Part shown: positions 48,202 to 58,913 of the stretch, piece after piece
Layout: each line of letters opens with the position of its first letter
Position numbering within the stretch: the first letter of the stretch is position 1
Position numbers and translations under genes: made by a program
Notes under the pieces: model-generated
The model's input: only the letters and a program-made list of their open reading frames with translations
What the model was told of the DNA's origin: nothing
Databases searched by the model: none
Assembly (NCBI GenBank): GCA_031362565.1
Contig: JANLSU010000020.1
Coordinates: forward strand, 1 to 59,164
DNA length: 59,164 nt
DNA from: a bacterium
GTDB taxonomy: Bacteria; Krumholzibacteriota; Krumholzibacteriia; G020349025
Direction of reading: 5' to 3'

Positions 48202-48678
48202 TCATGCGTTCGGGCGCAGCAGGCCGAGCGGACTTGGGGCGCGGCGATCGAAGCGCACCAACAACAGCGCGGCGGCCAGCATGGCGCAATCGCGCAACCA
48301 GAAGAACAGCAGGCCGGTGGACTTCGCCTCGGCGCCGCGCTCGGAGCACCCACACGCGATGTCAAAACCACGCAGCTTGGCGGATGTGAAAGCGATCAGA
48401 AACACGACCAGCATTCCCGCCATGAGTGTCGCCGCGGCGCGGCTCCAAACGCCGATCACCAAGAATACACCCGCATACATTTCGAGCCACGGCAGGACGA
48501 GAGCCAGCGCGTTGACACCCCAGGGCGGCAGCAAGTGATAGTTGAAAACGTCGGCGGCAAACAAGTCCGGTGCGACGATCTTGGGTGTCGCGTAGTAGAT
48601 GAACACGCCGCCAAGAGCGAACCGCAGCAGCAAGAGCACGGCACCCGCCCAGCCGAAACGCGGCTCGCGCGCCATCAT
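48202..48678 (-). CDS. DoxX/MauE-family membrane protein
   Basis: RFALGGVFIY...KI...LPWLE...CGC...RD; ATG overlaps the rhodanese stop. Confidence 0.88.
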   Translation of the reverse strand: MMAREPRFGWAGAVLLLLRFALGGVFIYYATPKIVAPDLFAADVFNYHLLPPWGVNALALVLPWLEMYAGVFLVIGVWSRAAATLMAGMLVVFLIAFTSAKLRGFDIACGCSERGAEAKSTGLLFFWLRDCAMLAAALLLVRFDRRAPSPLGLLRPNA

Positions 48679-49139
48679 GGTGCGGCTCCCGTGTCGACGG
48701 GCAGAGTCCGCTCCTGCCACATCCGCCAGCCGCCATCCAACACTCGCACCGCGGTGTGGCCACGGGCTTGGAGGAACTCGGCCGCCCGTACCGCCGGTAG
48801 CGTCGACTCGCCGTAGACGATGACTTGCACGTCGGGCCCGAGAAAATCGCGGATCTCCGCATAGGCGGCGGTGAAATCATCCGCCGAGAACGACACCGCA
48901 CCGCGAATGCGCGATGCGTCGAATTCGACGCGCGGCCGTACGTCGAGAAAGAATGCGTGGGCGTCGTCGGTATGTTTTGCGGCTTCGTCGAGCGAAATGC
49001 GGCTGATATCCGCCTGGCGCTTCAACAGTTCGGGGTCGTTGCCACCCCAAGCGAGTTTGTTGCGGGCGGCGTTCGAAACGAATCCGGTCACGAGCGCCGC
49101 CACGACGATGACGAGCATCTGCAGGAAGAGGCGCTTCAC
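48675..49139 (-). CDS. Membrane-anchored rhodanese-like protein
   Basis: N-terminal TM; FLDVRP...RIRGA...IVYG...LDGGWRMW. Confidence 0.88.
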   Translation of the reverse strand: MKRLFLQMLVIVVAALVTGFVSNAARNKLAWGGNDPELLKRQADISRISLDEAAKHTDDAHAFFLDVRPRVEFDASRIRGAVSFSADDFTAAYAEIRDFLGPDVQVIVYGESTLPAVRAAEFLQARGHTAVRVLDGGWRMWQERTLPVDTGAAP

Positions 49140-49200
49140 GCGCCGCGCTCGGAGGCACGCCGGCGGGCATTCACACCGGGCCCGGCGCCGTCGCCCGCCG

Positions 49201-50211
49201 TCACTTCACGACTCCGGTGACCGGCACCATAAGTTCGGGTTGCGTTGCATCGCTCGTGGAGATCGTGAGTTTGGCGAGCAGGCGGCCGGGCTTCGCGGCC
49301 TTGGCGAGCGTGACCTTCACCGAGTAGGCACCGCCATCGCCCTGGATCGTGGCTTCGAGCGCCGGGTTGTTCGACTTCACACCCGAGAGCTTGAGCGCCT
49401 TGTCGCCGGTCACGTTGATCGTGCCAACGTCCGCACCGGGCGCCAGGCCTTCGAAAACGATTTTCGCCGGATTCACGGCCAGTCCACCGGGCCCCGTGCC
49501 ACGCACCGGGATCTCGATCCGCGGCCGCGAGGCATCGTCGGTTTGCACGACGATTTTGGTCGCGAACGGGCCGGCGGGCACGCCGGCGGCAATTTTCACG
49601 GAGAGTTTCACGCCGACGCGATCGTCGGTCTGCAGCGGGTCTTGCTCGACGGTTACGAAGGGCACGTCCGCGGCGAGCGAGGTCACCTTGAAGGGCCGTT
49701 CTTTGCCGGCTTTGATGTCCACCGTGCGCACGGTCGAGCCCGGCGCGGGCACCGCTCCAAAGTCGAGTTCCGGCGGCACGACCGCGATTCCGGGCCGCAC
49801 CTTCATCTTTACATCGAGCGACACGGTCTTGTTCTGCGCATCGTTCGTCTGGATATCGACGCCCTTCAGAATGTCGCCAACCCAGTCGCTCGGATCCACC
49901 GTGACATGCACCTTGGTAGACGTTCCGGGGGCAATCGTCCAAGAATCCGCCTTGCCGGTGGTGCAATAGCACGTCGGCTCGAGCGATTCGATCGACAGCA
50001 CCGCGTCACCATCGTTGCGCAGCGTCCAATCGAACTTCTGCGGCTGGCCGGGTTCCACTTCGCCAATCTCCAAGTGCGCCGGCTCCACGACGACGGCCTT
50101 TGGCACCGCGAACGCCACGGTGGCGGAGAACGCGGCAAGCGTCGCCGCGCCGACGGCGCGAACGACGGCGCGAACGGCAAGACGACGGGCGAGGACGATC
50201 GCGAGCGACAT
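49201..50211 (-). CDS. DUF1573-domain exported protein (tandem Ig-like domains)
   Basis: Signal peptide; LRNDGDAVLSI...PTCYCT...IAPG. Confidence 0.8.
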   Translation of the reverse strand: MSLAIVLARRLAVRAVVRAVGAATLAAFSATVAFAVPKAVVVEPAHLEIGEVEPGQPQKFDWTLRNDGDAVLSIESLEPTCYCTTGKADSWTIAPGTSTKVHVTVDPSDWVGDILKGVDIQTNDAQNKTVSLDVKMKVRPGIAVVPPELDFGAVPAPGSTVRTVDIKAGKERPFKVTSLAADVPFVTVEQDPLQTDDRVGVKLSVKIAAGVPAGPFATKIVVQTDDASRPRIEIPVRGTGPGGLAVNPAKIVFEGLAPGADVGTINVTGDKALKLSGVKSNNPALEATIQGDGGAYSVKVTLAKAAKPGRLLAKLTISTSDATQPELMVPVTGVVK

Positions 50212-50428
50212 CGAAAGAGCCTCCTCGAAAACGCGGTGCTTCGAATCCGCGGGACCGGGGGGGGCCGGGACCGTGCAGGCAAGTCTACGAGATCCGGTCG
50301 TTCTGCCTCAACTGACGCGTTGTCAAATGTTTGTACCATCTTGGCGGCGCGCGGCCGAAGATCCGAGGCCCGGCGTCTCTTATTGAACCCTGGGACCGGG
50401 TCGAAAGTCCCGCCGGCGGGGGTGGCCT

Positions 50429-52636
50429 TCAGGCGGGTTGCTCCGAGTCGCCGGCGGCGCGCGACAGCAGGAGTTCGAGCGTCATGAGCGCCAAGACGAG
50501 TGCCACGACGAGTTTGTACAGCTCCTTGCCGTGGCGCGCCTCGCGCACCGCGTGTGGGATGGACTCTGGATCGTCGATGGTCGCGGAAATTTGAACGCCG
50601 AGATGTTTCGCCAATTCCGGCAGGTCGGCGCGCCGCAGATCCGACTCGCGCACGTTGACATTCACCGCACACACCGCCTGGTGGCCGGCGCCTTCGAACA
50701 CGTAGTGGCCGGGCTCGCGGGTGTCTTCATAGGCGACGAGCGCCATGCGACCCACCACATGCGCCGGCACGGCGTCTTTGCGGCCGGAGGGGGTGGTGAC
50801 CGTGAAGCGCAGTTCGTCGGCGCCTGGCGCACCATCGCCGGCTGACGCTGCGGCGCTCGCCGGTGCATCCAGCCGGCCGGCTTGCGCCAAGCGGGTTTCG
50901 GGATCGAGTCCGGCGCGGCGGTTCGCGCTCGCGACCGGCACTTGCACTTCGATCCGTTCGCCGACAAGAGCGCCGGTTTTTTGGCGCCCGGCTTCGCCGG
51001 CCAAATACAGAACGGCGCGATGCAGGAGCGGTAAGAACATGGGCGACACCGCGAGATCGCTACCTTCGAGTCCGGCGTCGAACGCGAACATCATGAAGCG
51101 GCCGCTGCCATGCGCGCCTTCGACCACTGCCGGCGCGCCGCCCGAGAAACGCAGTACCGGCCGGACGCCGGCGCCCGGCGCCAGCTCCGCATAGCGCGTG
51201 AACTTGACCGCCTCCAGGGTATGCAGTTCGGTGTCCTTGAAGCCCGCCAAGATTCCCGTGGCGCGCAGTTCCTCGAGATTCACGTAACCCTGCGCTTGCT
51301 GCACGATGCCGCGAATTCGCGCCCCCCCGAGCCGGCCAAGAATCATCCGATTGGTGATTTCGGCGGTGGCGCGCTGGCCCGACAGCATCAAGACTCCGCC
51401 GCCGTCATGCACGAAATCCGCCACGGCTTGCGCTTGGCTTTCCCCCAACACGGCGTCCGAGGCGAGTACGGCGACGTCGATGCCTTGCAAGTCGCGGGTT
51501 GCGAGGCGCGGTGCATCTACTTCGGTGAGTGCAAGCGGGGTGCGGCCGGCGCGCGCCGGTGCGAGCGCCCGCCCCAAGAAGAAGCTTCCACCCGCGTCGC
51601 CCGATCCCTTCACCAACAACACGTGCAGTTGGTCCAGGACCGGCAGGACGAAGTAGCGCACATCGTCTTCGGGCAAGCGGTCGATCTTCTTGCGCACAAC
51701 GCCGGCGGTCGCGGCGGCGGTCGTCGCCACCAGAGTGAATTCATGGGTCGCGGTCGCGCCGCCGGCGAGCCGCAGGCTCGTTTCGCCCTTCGGGGCGCCG
51801 GCAAGTTCGACCTGCATGTTGCAGTCCGCCGGCACGTCAGGGGCGTGGTTCCGCACCGTGACGCTGACGTGTGTCGGCTCGTCCACCAGCACTGCACCAG
51901 GCGGCACGTGCACTTCATCCACGCTGACATTCACGAAGGCTTCCACGCCGACCGGCACGAACGAGATGCGGACATCTTTTTGGTCGGCCGCCAGATCGGC
52001 GCGCACGCTGTCCAGGTTGGCGCCCGCGAAGTCCGAAATGACATACAACTCGCGGTTGGGCTCGGTGGCGCCTTGCAGGGATGCGAGTGCCGCCTTGAAC
52101 GCCGGTGCCCAGTCCGTGACACCATGCCCGGCAGCAAGCGTTCCGATGCGCTCCCGCACCAGCGCCAGATCGTGCACGGCGCGGTCGAACTCCGCGTGCG
52201 GCGTAGCGTCGAAGGTCATGATGTTGACCTGATCGCCCCGTTCGAGCGCGTCGACGATCGCCCCGGCTGCCGCTTTGGCGGCGTCCATCGCCGCGCCGCT
52301 CTCGCCTTCGGTGCGCATGCTGTAGCTCGTATCCACCAAGAGCAGCACGCTCGAGCGGGCCTGCGCCGGCAGGAGGCGCGAGAACGTGCCGCGCACCGAC
52401 GGGCGGGCCATCGCCACGGCCGTGAAGACGATGATGGCGACGCGCAACAGCAACAGCAGCAAGCGCCGCAAATTCAGGCTCCGCATGCGCTGCTGGTTGA
52501 GCGGCGCAAGGAAACGCAGGTCGCTGAACTCGACGCGGCGCAGTTGCCGGCGGTTCAGCAGGTGAATGACAATCGGTACCAGGCCGGCGGCGATGCCGGC
52601 CAGGAACAGACTGTTCAAGAAGGTGAAGTTGAACAT
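50429..52636 (-). CDS. BatA-domain / VWA membrane protein
   Basis: PIVIHLLNRR...FSDLRFL...LRRLLLLLLR...ARP; MIDAS DTSYSM; ISDF; C-terminal ESDL and TM helix. Confidence 0.9.
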   Translation of the reverse strand: MFNFTFLNSLFLAGIAAGLVPIVIHLLNRRQLRRVEFSDLRFLAPLNQQRMRSLNLRRLLLLLLRVAIIVFTAVAMARPSVRGTFSRLLPAQARSSVLLLVDTSYSMRTEGESGAAMDAAKAAAGAIVDALERGDQVNIMTFDATPHAEFDRAVHDLALVRERIGTLAAGHGVTDWAPAFKAALASLQGATEPNRELYVISDFAGANLDSVRADLAADQKDVRISFVPVGVEAFVNVSVDEVHVPPGAVLVDEPTHVSVTVRNHAPDVPADCNMQVELAGAPKGETSLRLAGGATATHEFTLVATTAAATAGVVRKKIDRLPEDDVRYFVLPVLDQLHVLLVKGSGDAGGSFFLGRALAPARAGRTPLALTEVDAPRLATRDLQGIDVAVLASDAVLGESQAQAVADFVHDGGGVLMLSGQRATAEITNRMILGRLGGARIRGIVQQAQGYVNLEELRATGILAGFKDTELHTLEAVKFTRYAELAPGAGVRPVLRFSGGAPAVVEGAHGSGRFMMFAFDAGLEGSDLAVSPMFLPLLHRAVLYLAGEAGRQKTGALVGERIEVQVPVASANRRAGLDPETRLAQAGRLDAPASAAASAGDGAPGADELRFTVTTPSGRKDAVPAHVVGRMALVAYEDTREPGHYVFEGAGHQAVCAVNVNVRESDLRRADLPELAKHLGVQISATIDDPESIPHAVREARHGKELYKLVVALVLALMTLELLLSRAAGDSEQPA

Positions 52637-52652
52637 CGGGCGCGATTCCGTT

Positions 52653-53576
52653 TCAGCCGAGTTGGCTGCGTTTGTTCAGGTACGCGAGCAACGCCCGGTC
52701 GAACGGCGTCGATGTGGTCACCGGCACGTAGTCGATCTGGTGTTCGCGGCACTGGCGCGCCAGGTCCTTCATCCAGTTGTCGACCCGGGCCCGGTAATCC
52801 TTCTTCACGAACCAGGGCTGGCTGCGAATTTCTTGCCCGGTTTCCATGTCCACGAAGCGCGCCTCGTCGCTGTAGTCGAAGGTGCGCTCGAGATCGTCGA
52901 GGACATGGAACACGATGACCTCGTGTTGCCGGTGCCGGAAATGCTTCAGCCCGCGCATGACCGATTCGGTGTCGTCGAACAAGTCCGAGATCAGAATACA
53001 GAGGCCGCGCCGCCGCAGCCGTTCCGCCATGCCGTGCAGCGCGGTGCTGAGCCGCGTGCGCTCCGACGGGGCGGCCAACTCCAGAGTGCGCAGCAGCTGG
53101 AACATCTGGCCACGCACCGACCGCGGCGGCACATACTCCCGAATCGCGTCGTCGAACAGTACCAGCCCGGCCGCGTCCTGCTGTTTGATCATCAGGAACG
53201 CGATCGACGCCGCGAGCATGCTTCCCCACCGCAGCTTGGTGACGCCCTTCCCGGCGAACCCCATCGACGCACTCTTGTCGAGCAGCACGACGCCCTTGAG
53301 ATTCGTTTCTTCCTCGAAGACCTTCACGTAGTAGCGGTCGGTCTTGCCGTAGACTTTCCAATCCACGTAGCGCGGCGCGTCGCCGGGAATGTATTGGCGG
53401 TATTCGGCAAATTCGACGCTGAAGCCGTGGTACGGGCTGCGGTGCATGCCCTGCAGGAAGCCCTCGACGACGAGCCGCGCCCGCAGTTCCATGTGGCGCA
53501 ACCGCGACACCACTTCGGGGTCGAGGAAGCGCGCGACGCGTTCATCGCGGGCCATGGTGCGGAGTTTCTGCGCCAT
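52653..53576 (-). CDS. DUF58-domain protein
   Basis: GMHRSPYHGFSVEFAEYRQYIPGD...DWKVYGK...DKSASM...ISDL. Confidence 0.95.
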   Translation of the reverse strand: MAQKLRTMARDERVARFLDPEVVSRLRHMELRARLVVEGFLQGMHRSPYHGFSVEFAEYRQYIPGDAPRYVDWKVYGKTDRYYVKVFEEETNLKGVVLLDKSASMGFAGKGVTKLRWGSMLAASIAFLMIKQQDAAGLVLFDDAIREYVPPRSVRGQMFQLLRTLELAAPSERTRLSTALHGMAERLRRRGLCILISDLFDDTESVMRGLKHFRHRQHEVIVFHVLDDLERTFDYSDEARFVDMETGQEIRSQPWFVKKDYRARVDNWMKDLARQCREHQIDYVPVTTSTPFDRALLAYLNKRSQLG

Positions 53577-53629
53577 TCAGCCTCGTTTCGCGGCCGCGGC
53601 GCTCCGGCAAGAGGCCGCGCCGCGTTCGG

Positions 53630-54634
53630 TCATTCCTTGATTTCGTCCAAGAGCCGGCCGATGAGCTGGTCGGCATTGACGCCTTCCGCCTCGGCGTTGA
53701 AGTTGGTCACGATGCGATGGCGCAGAACCGCCGGCGCGACGGCTTTGACGTCGTCGACACTCGGCGTCGGGCGGCCCTGCAACAGCGCGCGCGCCTTGGC
53801 GCCCAAGACCAGGTGTTGTCCGGCGCGAGGTCCGGCGCCCCAGCCGACGAATTCGTGGATCGCAGTGCCATCGGCCGCCCCGGGGCGGGTGGCGCGCGCC
53901 AAGCGCACCGCGTAGCCAATGACGTGGCTCGCGATCGGCACGCGCCGCACTAGTTCTTGAGCGCGAAGGATCTGCGCCGCATTCAGCACCGGACGCGGAT
54001 CGGCGGTCCGGGTGCGCGTCGTGGCCTCGACGATCTGCACTTCTTCCTCGAGCGACGGATAGCCAACCTTGATATTGAACATGAACCGGTCGAGCTGGGC
54101 TTCGGGCAGCGGGTACGTGCCTTCCTGTTCGATCGGATTCTGCGTCGCCAGTACGAAGAACGGCAGGTCGAGGTGATGCGTCTCGCCGCCGGCCGTGACT
54201 TCGTGTTCCTGCATCGCCTGCAAAAGCGCGGCTTGCGTCTTGGGCGGCGTGCGGTTGATTTCGTCCGCCAAAACGATGTTCGCGAAAATCGGTCCGCGCA
54301 TGAATTTGAATACGCGCTTACCGGTGCCGACGTCCTCTTCGAGAATTTCAGTACCGGTAATGTCGGACGGCATCAGATCGGGCGTGAACTGGATGCGCGA
54401 GAAATTCAGCGACAGAATGCGGGCAAGCGTCGAAATGATCAAAGTCTTGGCGAGGCCGGGCACGCCGACGAGCAGCACGTTGCCGCCCGAGAACAACGCG
54501 ATGAGCAGCTGCTCGACGACCTCTCTCTGCCCGATGATGACCTTGGCGATCTCGTCTTGCGCGGCGCGGTAGGCGCGCTGAAGTTCTTCCGCCTGCTGGA
54601 CGTCGGACCCGCTCGGGCCCCCCGGTTCGGTCAC
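53630..54634 (-). CDS. moxR: MoxR-family AAA+ ATPase
   Basis: GVPGLAKT, RIQFTPDLMPSD, DEINRTPPKTQ, ATQNPIEQEGTYPLPEAQLDRF; GTG start after AAGGAG. Confidence 0.96.
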   Translation of the reverse strand: MTEPGGPSGSDVQQAEELQRAYRAAQDEIAKVIIGQREVVEQLLIALFSGGNVLLVGVPGLAKTLIISTLARILSLNFSRIQFTPDLMPSDITGTEILEEDVGTGKRVFKFMRGPIFANIVLADEINRTPPKTQAALLQAMQEHEVTAGGETHHLDLPFFVLATQNPIEQEGTYPLPEAQLDRFMFNIKVGYPSLEEEVQIVEATTRTRTADPRPVLNAAQILRAQELVRRVPIASHVIGYAVRLARATRPGAADGTAIHEFVGWGAGPRAGQHLVLGAKARALLQGRPTPSVDDVKAVAPAVLRHRIVTNFNAEAEGVNADQLIGRLLDEIKE

Positions 54635-55095
54635 GAACGACTCCTTCTCCTTGCGGCCCCAAAGGTGCGGGGCCATGTTGCGGCGATCGGCGGGCCACCC
54701 GAACGAGCCGGACGCGGCCAAGGGTCGGCGGGGAGACTACACTGCCTCAACCTTAGGAAACCAAGAAGAGCAAAGGGCGTTCCCCCGTTCTGATGGGAAA
54801 TTGCTGGCGGGGCGTTTGTAAGGATGGGTTTCGGGGCCGCGAAAGGTGCAGCGCCGGGCGGCACGCGCCGGGAACCCCGCGCCGGGCATCGTGTTGAGGG
54901 GCCGAAAGCAGACGCGCGGCCGCTTGGCCGACTCCGGTGAAGAGGCTCGGCCCAGCATGCCGCGGCGTTGCGTCGTCCACCGCTTCCGTGCGGGGCTCCT
55001 GTAGGGGGCATTGCATCCGTGCGAACGCTAGACGACGGGTCTCGAACAGCAAGTCTAGGGCCCGTTGTTTCCAGGCGTCCGGAGACGCCTGTGCA

Positions 55096-55219
55096 GTGCC
55101 CCACATTCGTTTGGATTTTCTGTGGATAACCGCTTGATTTGTTTCTAAGCCGCTGGGCGCAAACCGTTGCCAGTGCTGCACACCCCGCGTTCTCCACAAA
55201 ACTACCGGGGTTATCCCCA
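55096..55219. promoter_or_regulatory. DnaA-box cluster
   Basis: Perfect TGTGGATAA (55121-29), TTCTCCACA (55190-98) and TTATCCCCA (55211-19), around a locally AT-rich stretch in a long intergenic region. Confidence 0.65.
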
Positions 55220-55395
55220 GGGCTCCCGGTGGGGTTGTCGGTCGACGGCACAGCTTGGGCACGCGGTCAGGGGGCGGGCTCCAAAAATGGAAGAAGGGGC
55301 TCGCTGGCGCAGCGAACCCCTTCGACCGCGTTACGGAAGGACCGCAGGAGGTACGCCGATCAAGCGCGGCCCTCGTGCGCGGTCGGAACGAGGCG

Positions 55396-55881
55396 TCAGA
55401 CGCCAACCTTGTCGCGAATCGGATTCTTCTGGCCGCCCTGCTGGCCAACGCCGCCAACCCCAACGCCAACGCCGCCGACGCCGACTTGGCCGACCACGTC
55501 GGTGCGCTTCGTTTCGGTGTCCGGGACGCCGCCGCCCATTTTGCAGCTGCCCTCAAAGAACACGCCCTCGTCGATGACCAGACGATGGGTGTGGATGTCG
55601 CCCTCGATGTGCGAGCCGCTTTGCAGCTCGATCTTGTTCGTGGCGTTGATGTTGCCAATCACCTTGCCGCCGATGACCGCGTTCTTGACGTTGATCTCGG
55701 CCTTCACGACGCCGGTTTTGCCGACGACGAGAGTGTCTGGACAGTTCACCACACCTTCGAACTCAGCGTCGATGCGCAGCGTGCCCTCGACTTCGACGGT
55801 GCCTTTGAACTTGCACCCCTTGCCCAGGATCGAGTTGAGGCGACCCTCCTGGACATTGCTCTCCACCTCTTTCCCAAACAT
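55396..55881 (-). CDS. Bactofilin (polymer-forming cytoskeletal protein)
   Basis: SILGKGCKFKG...LRID...VVGKTGVV...VIGGKVIGNI...GDI...LVIDEGVFFEGSCKM; AAGGAGG RBS. Confidence 0.95.
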   Translation of the reverse strand: MFGKEVESNVQEGRLNSILGKGCKFKGTVEVEGTLRIDAEFEGVVNCPDTLVVGKTGVVKAEINVKNAVIGGKVIGNINATNKIELQSGSHIEGDIHTHRLVIDEGVFFEGSCKMGGGVPDTETKRTDVVGQVGVGGVGVGVGGVGQQGGQKNPIRDKVGV

Positions 55882-56112
55882 CAGCGTACCTCCTTGGTCG
55901 GAACCCGGATTAGCACTCCGTCGTCTGCAATATCCATGACGTCCGTCGTGCCGCGCCCAGTCTCCGGCTCCCGTGGCAGTAGAAGTGTTGCGTCCGTGCG
56001 TGGAGAACTCCGTCGCTCGATCGTGGCCGAATGACCACCGCAGCATAGCACGATCTCGCAGAGGTCCATCGAGCTGCCGCCGCACGCCGGGGCCGTTGCT
56101 CGCGCCGCGAGA

Positions 56113-56895
56113 TCACTCCAGATACCTGCGGGGATCGACCGCGATCCCTTCCTTCCGGATTTCGAAGTGCAGGTGTGGCGCCGAGCTCCGGCCCGTACTC
56201 CCCACCGCAGCGACAAGTTGTCCGCGTTCGACCCGGTCGCCCAGCGAAACGCTGAGCCGCGAGTTGTGCCCATACCGGGTCTCCAGTCCGAGGCCATGCT
56301 CGAGGACCACGAGATAGCCGTACTCCGGATCCCATCCGGCGAACGTTACCGTCCCCGCCGCCGCAGCTCTGACTGGCGTACCGGTCGGTGCAGCAATGTC
56401 GATGCCGGGATGAAAACCGGTGGCATCTTGGCTGGTCGCGAGGAACTCTTTCGTCACCGGGCCACGCATCGGCCACGTCCGCGGTACCGACCGCGCGAAG
56501 TCTTCCTCACGCTCGCGAATTTCGTCGCTCGGCAGCGGCGAAGACGCGACCTGAGCGGCCGCGGCGCGCAGCGTGTCGACGGGAGCCTTGCCGGCAGCGA
56601 GCAGCGCCAGCACCTTCTTTTGGGTGCGTTCGTTGTCCGCCATCTCGTGCTTCAGAGCCTCGACTTGGCCGAGGTCCTTTTGCAGGCGCGTCACCTGATC
56701 TTGCAGGCGAGCCGTCTGGCGGGAGGCAAGAAAGTAGTGCCCGTAGGTAAACATGAGCGTGAGGGTGACGAGCAGCAGAATTCCGAGCAGCGAGCCCGCT
56801 GCAACGATCAGATCGACCCGGGCCTGAAAGCTGTAAGTTTTCGCACCACCTTGTGGCACGAGGATGACGGTCAGGCGCTGGTTGCGAATTCGCAT
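56113..56895 (-). CDS. M23-family peptidoglycan metallopeptidase
   Basis: TM, coiled coil, HPGID and HLHFE motifs; ATG after CAGGAGG. Confidence 0.93.
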   Translation of the reverse strand: MRIRNQRLTVILVPQGGAKTYSFQARVDLIVAAGSLLGILLLVTLTLMFTYGHYFLASRQTARLQDQVTRLQKDLGQVEALKHEMADNERTQKKVLALLAAGKAPVDTLRAAAAQVASSPLPSDEIREREEDFARSVPRTWPMRGPVTKEFLATSQDATGFHPGIDIAAPTGTPVRAAAAGTVTFAGWDPEYGYLVVLEHGLGLETRYGHNSRLSVSLGDRVERGQLVAAVGSTGRSSAPHLHFEIRKEGIAVDPRRYLE

Positions 56896-56988
56896 GCATC
56901 CTCCTGCGCCCGCGCACGGCGCTGCCAACACGGCGGTTGTGCCGTGCCGGCTCGTCGGCGCGTCGGCGCGAGCCGCAGCCCTGCGTCC

Positions 56989-57894
56989 TTAGAGCAAGTA
57001 CGACACCCCGGCGATTTCGAAGATCCGCTCGAGCTCCGGAGCACTGTAGTACTCGATCTCGATGCGTCCGGACGTGCCGTCCGCTTTGCGCGTGTGAATG
57101 TGCACCCGCGTGCCGAGCCGTTGTTCCAGGCGCCGTTCGAGTTCCTGCAACGCCGGGTTCGCCGCGACGCGGGCGGCCGGCTTGCGGCGCGGCGGCGTGC
57201 CGCGGCGGTCCTGCACCATGGCTTCCGCGTCGCGCACCGTGAGTCCCCGCTCGCGGACCAGCGAGGCCAGCTCCTGCTGTTCCTGCAAGGAGGCCGCGCC
57301 GAGAAGGGCGCGCGCGTGGCCCGGCGACAGCTCGCCGTGCTGCATTCTCGCCTGCAGATCGGGCGGCAGTTGCAGCAGCCGCAGCGTGTTCGCGACCGTG
57401 CTGCGCGTCTTGCCGAGCCGTTCCGCCAAGTCTTGCTGGGTCATCGAGAATTCGTCGATGAGGCGCCGGTAGCCGCGCGCTTCTTCGATCGGGTTCAGGT
57501 CTTCGCGTTGCACGTTCTCGAGCAACGCCAACTTGAGTGCTTCGCGTGCGTCGACATCGCGCACGATAACCGGCACGCGCTGCAGGCCCGCGAGACGGGC
57601 CGCGCGCCAGCGCCGTTCGCCGGCGATCAGTTCGAACTCGTCGCCGCGCGGGCACACGAGGAGTGGCTGCAGGACGCCGTTTTCGCGGATCGATGTCGCG
57701 AGTTCTTCCAGCGTGGTGGCGTCAAAGAACTCGCGCGGCTGGTAGCGATTGGCGCGGATCCGGTCGATGTCCACTTCGTGCGGCGCAGCCGGTGCCGGCG
57801 ACGGCGAGTCCTGCGTCGCGGTTGCAGTGACCGCCGGCTCGTCGGTGTGGGTCGGAATCAACGCGTCGAGTCCGCGCCCCAAAGTTTTCCGCAT
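56989..57894 (-). CDS. parB: Chromosome partitioning protein ParB
   Basis: LGRGLDAL, QPR..F, GVLQP, IAGERRWRA, ENVQREDL, HTH. Confidence 0.97.
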   Translation of the reverse strand: MRKTLGRGLDALIPTHTDEPAVTATATQDSPSPAPAAPHEVDIDRIRANRYQPREFFDATTLEELATSIRENGVLQPLLVCPRGDEFELIAGERRWRAARLAGLQRVPVIVRDVDAREALKLALLENVQREDLNPIEEARGYRRLIDEFSMTQQDLAERLGKTRSTVANTLRLLQLPPDLQARMQHGELSPGHARALLGAASLQEQQELASLVRERGLTVRDAEAMVQDRRGTPPRRKPAARVAANPALQELERRLEQRLGTRVHIHTRKADGTSGRIEIEYYSAPELERIFEIAGVSYLL

Positions 57895-57922
57895 CGTCGC
57901 TCCCCCCTCCATCAAATTCTGT

Positions 57923-58789
57923 TCAGCTTCGCGCCCCGTCGCTCGGCGTGCCGCCGGCCTCGAGGCCGCGCTCTGCAAATCTGGTGCGTTGCTCCGCCGG
58001 CTGGTCGGCAACGTGCGCGATGACCTCGCGCGCCAGGCTCATATATGTTTCGGCGCCCGCCGATTGGGCGTCGTAGTACAGAATCGGTTTGCCGAAGCTG
58101 GGACATTCGCTCAGCTTGACGTTGCGCGGGATGACCGTCCGATAGACTTTGCCGCCGTAGTAACGCCGCGCTTCTTGGGCGACTTCGTTCGCCAGGTTGA
58201 GCCGCCGGTCGAACATCGTCAGCAGCACGCCTTCGACGGCGAGCTTCGGGTTCAGGTGTTTGCGCACGAGATCGATGGTGTGCGAAAGCTGGCTGATTCC
58301 CTCGAGCGCGTAGTACTCGCACTGAATCGGAATCAACACCGAGTCGGCCGCCGTGAGCGTATTCACGGTCAGCAGCCCCAGGCTCGGCGGACAATCGATG
58401 ATGATGTATTCGTAGAGCGGCAGCACCGACTCGAGCGCCGCTTTGAGCCGTGATTCGCGCGACAGCGTCGGCACGAGTTCGACCTCGGCGCCGTTCAGCC
58501 GGCGCGCCGAAGGCACGAGGTCGAGATACGGCAGCACGTCGTGGCGAATCGCTTCTTCGATGCGCCCGTCACCGAGCAACGCCTCGTAGATCGTCGCCTC
58601 GGAATCGGCCGCCTGCACTCCCAGGCCGCTCGTGGCGTTCGCCTGCGGATCGATGTCGACAAGCAGCACGCGCCGCTCGGATGCCGCGAGGCTCGCGGAC
58701 AAGTTCACCGCGGTCGTCGTCTTGCCGACGCCACCTTTTTGATTTGCAATGGCGATGACACGCGCCCGTGCGGTTCCAACTGACTCCAC
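57923..58789 (-). CDS. parA: Chromosome partitioning ATPase ParA/Soj
   Basis: [48 protein letters not shown]; start approximate. Confidence 0.97.
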   Translation of the reverse strand: MESVGTARARVIAIANQKGGVGKTTTAVNLSASLAASERRVLLVDIDPQANATSGLGVQAADSEATIYEALLGDGRIEEAIRHDVLPYLDLVPSARRLNGAEVELVPTLSRESRLKAALESVLPLYEYIIIDCPPSLGLLTVNTLTAADSVLIPIQCEYYALEGISQLSHTIDLVRKHLNPKLAVEGVLLTMFDRRLNLANEVAQEARRYYGGKVYRTVIPRNVKLSECPSFGKPILYYDAQSAGAETYMSLAREVIAHVADQPAEQRTRFAERGLEAGGTPSDGARS

Positions 58790-58913
58790 CCTGCGCACCC
58801 TCTCCTGGAGTTTTCGACCCGGGCCGCCGGAATCGCCAGCGCGCCGCCGGCAGTCTAGCAACTCGGCAGCACTGGGTGCGATTCGCTTCGACAACGCCAG
58901 CAGGGCCGCGCGA

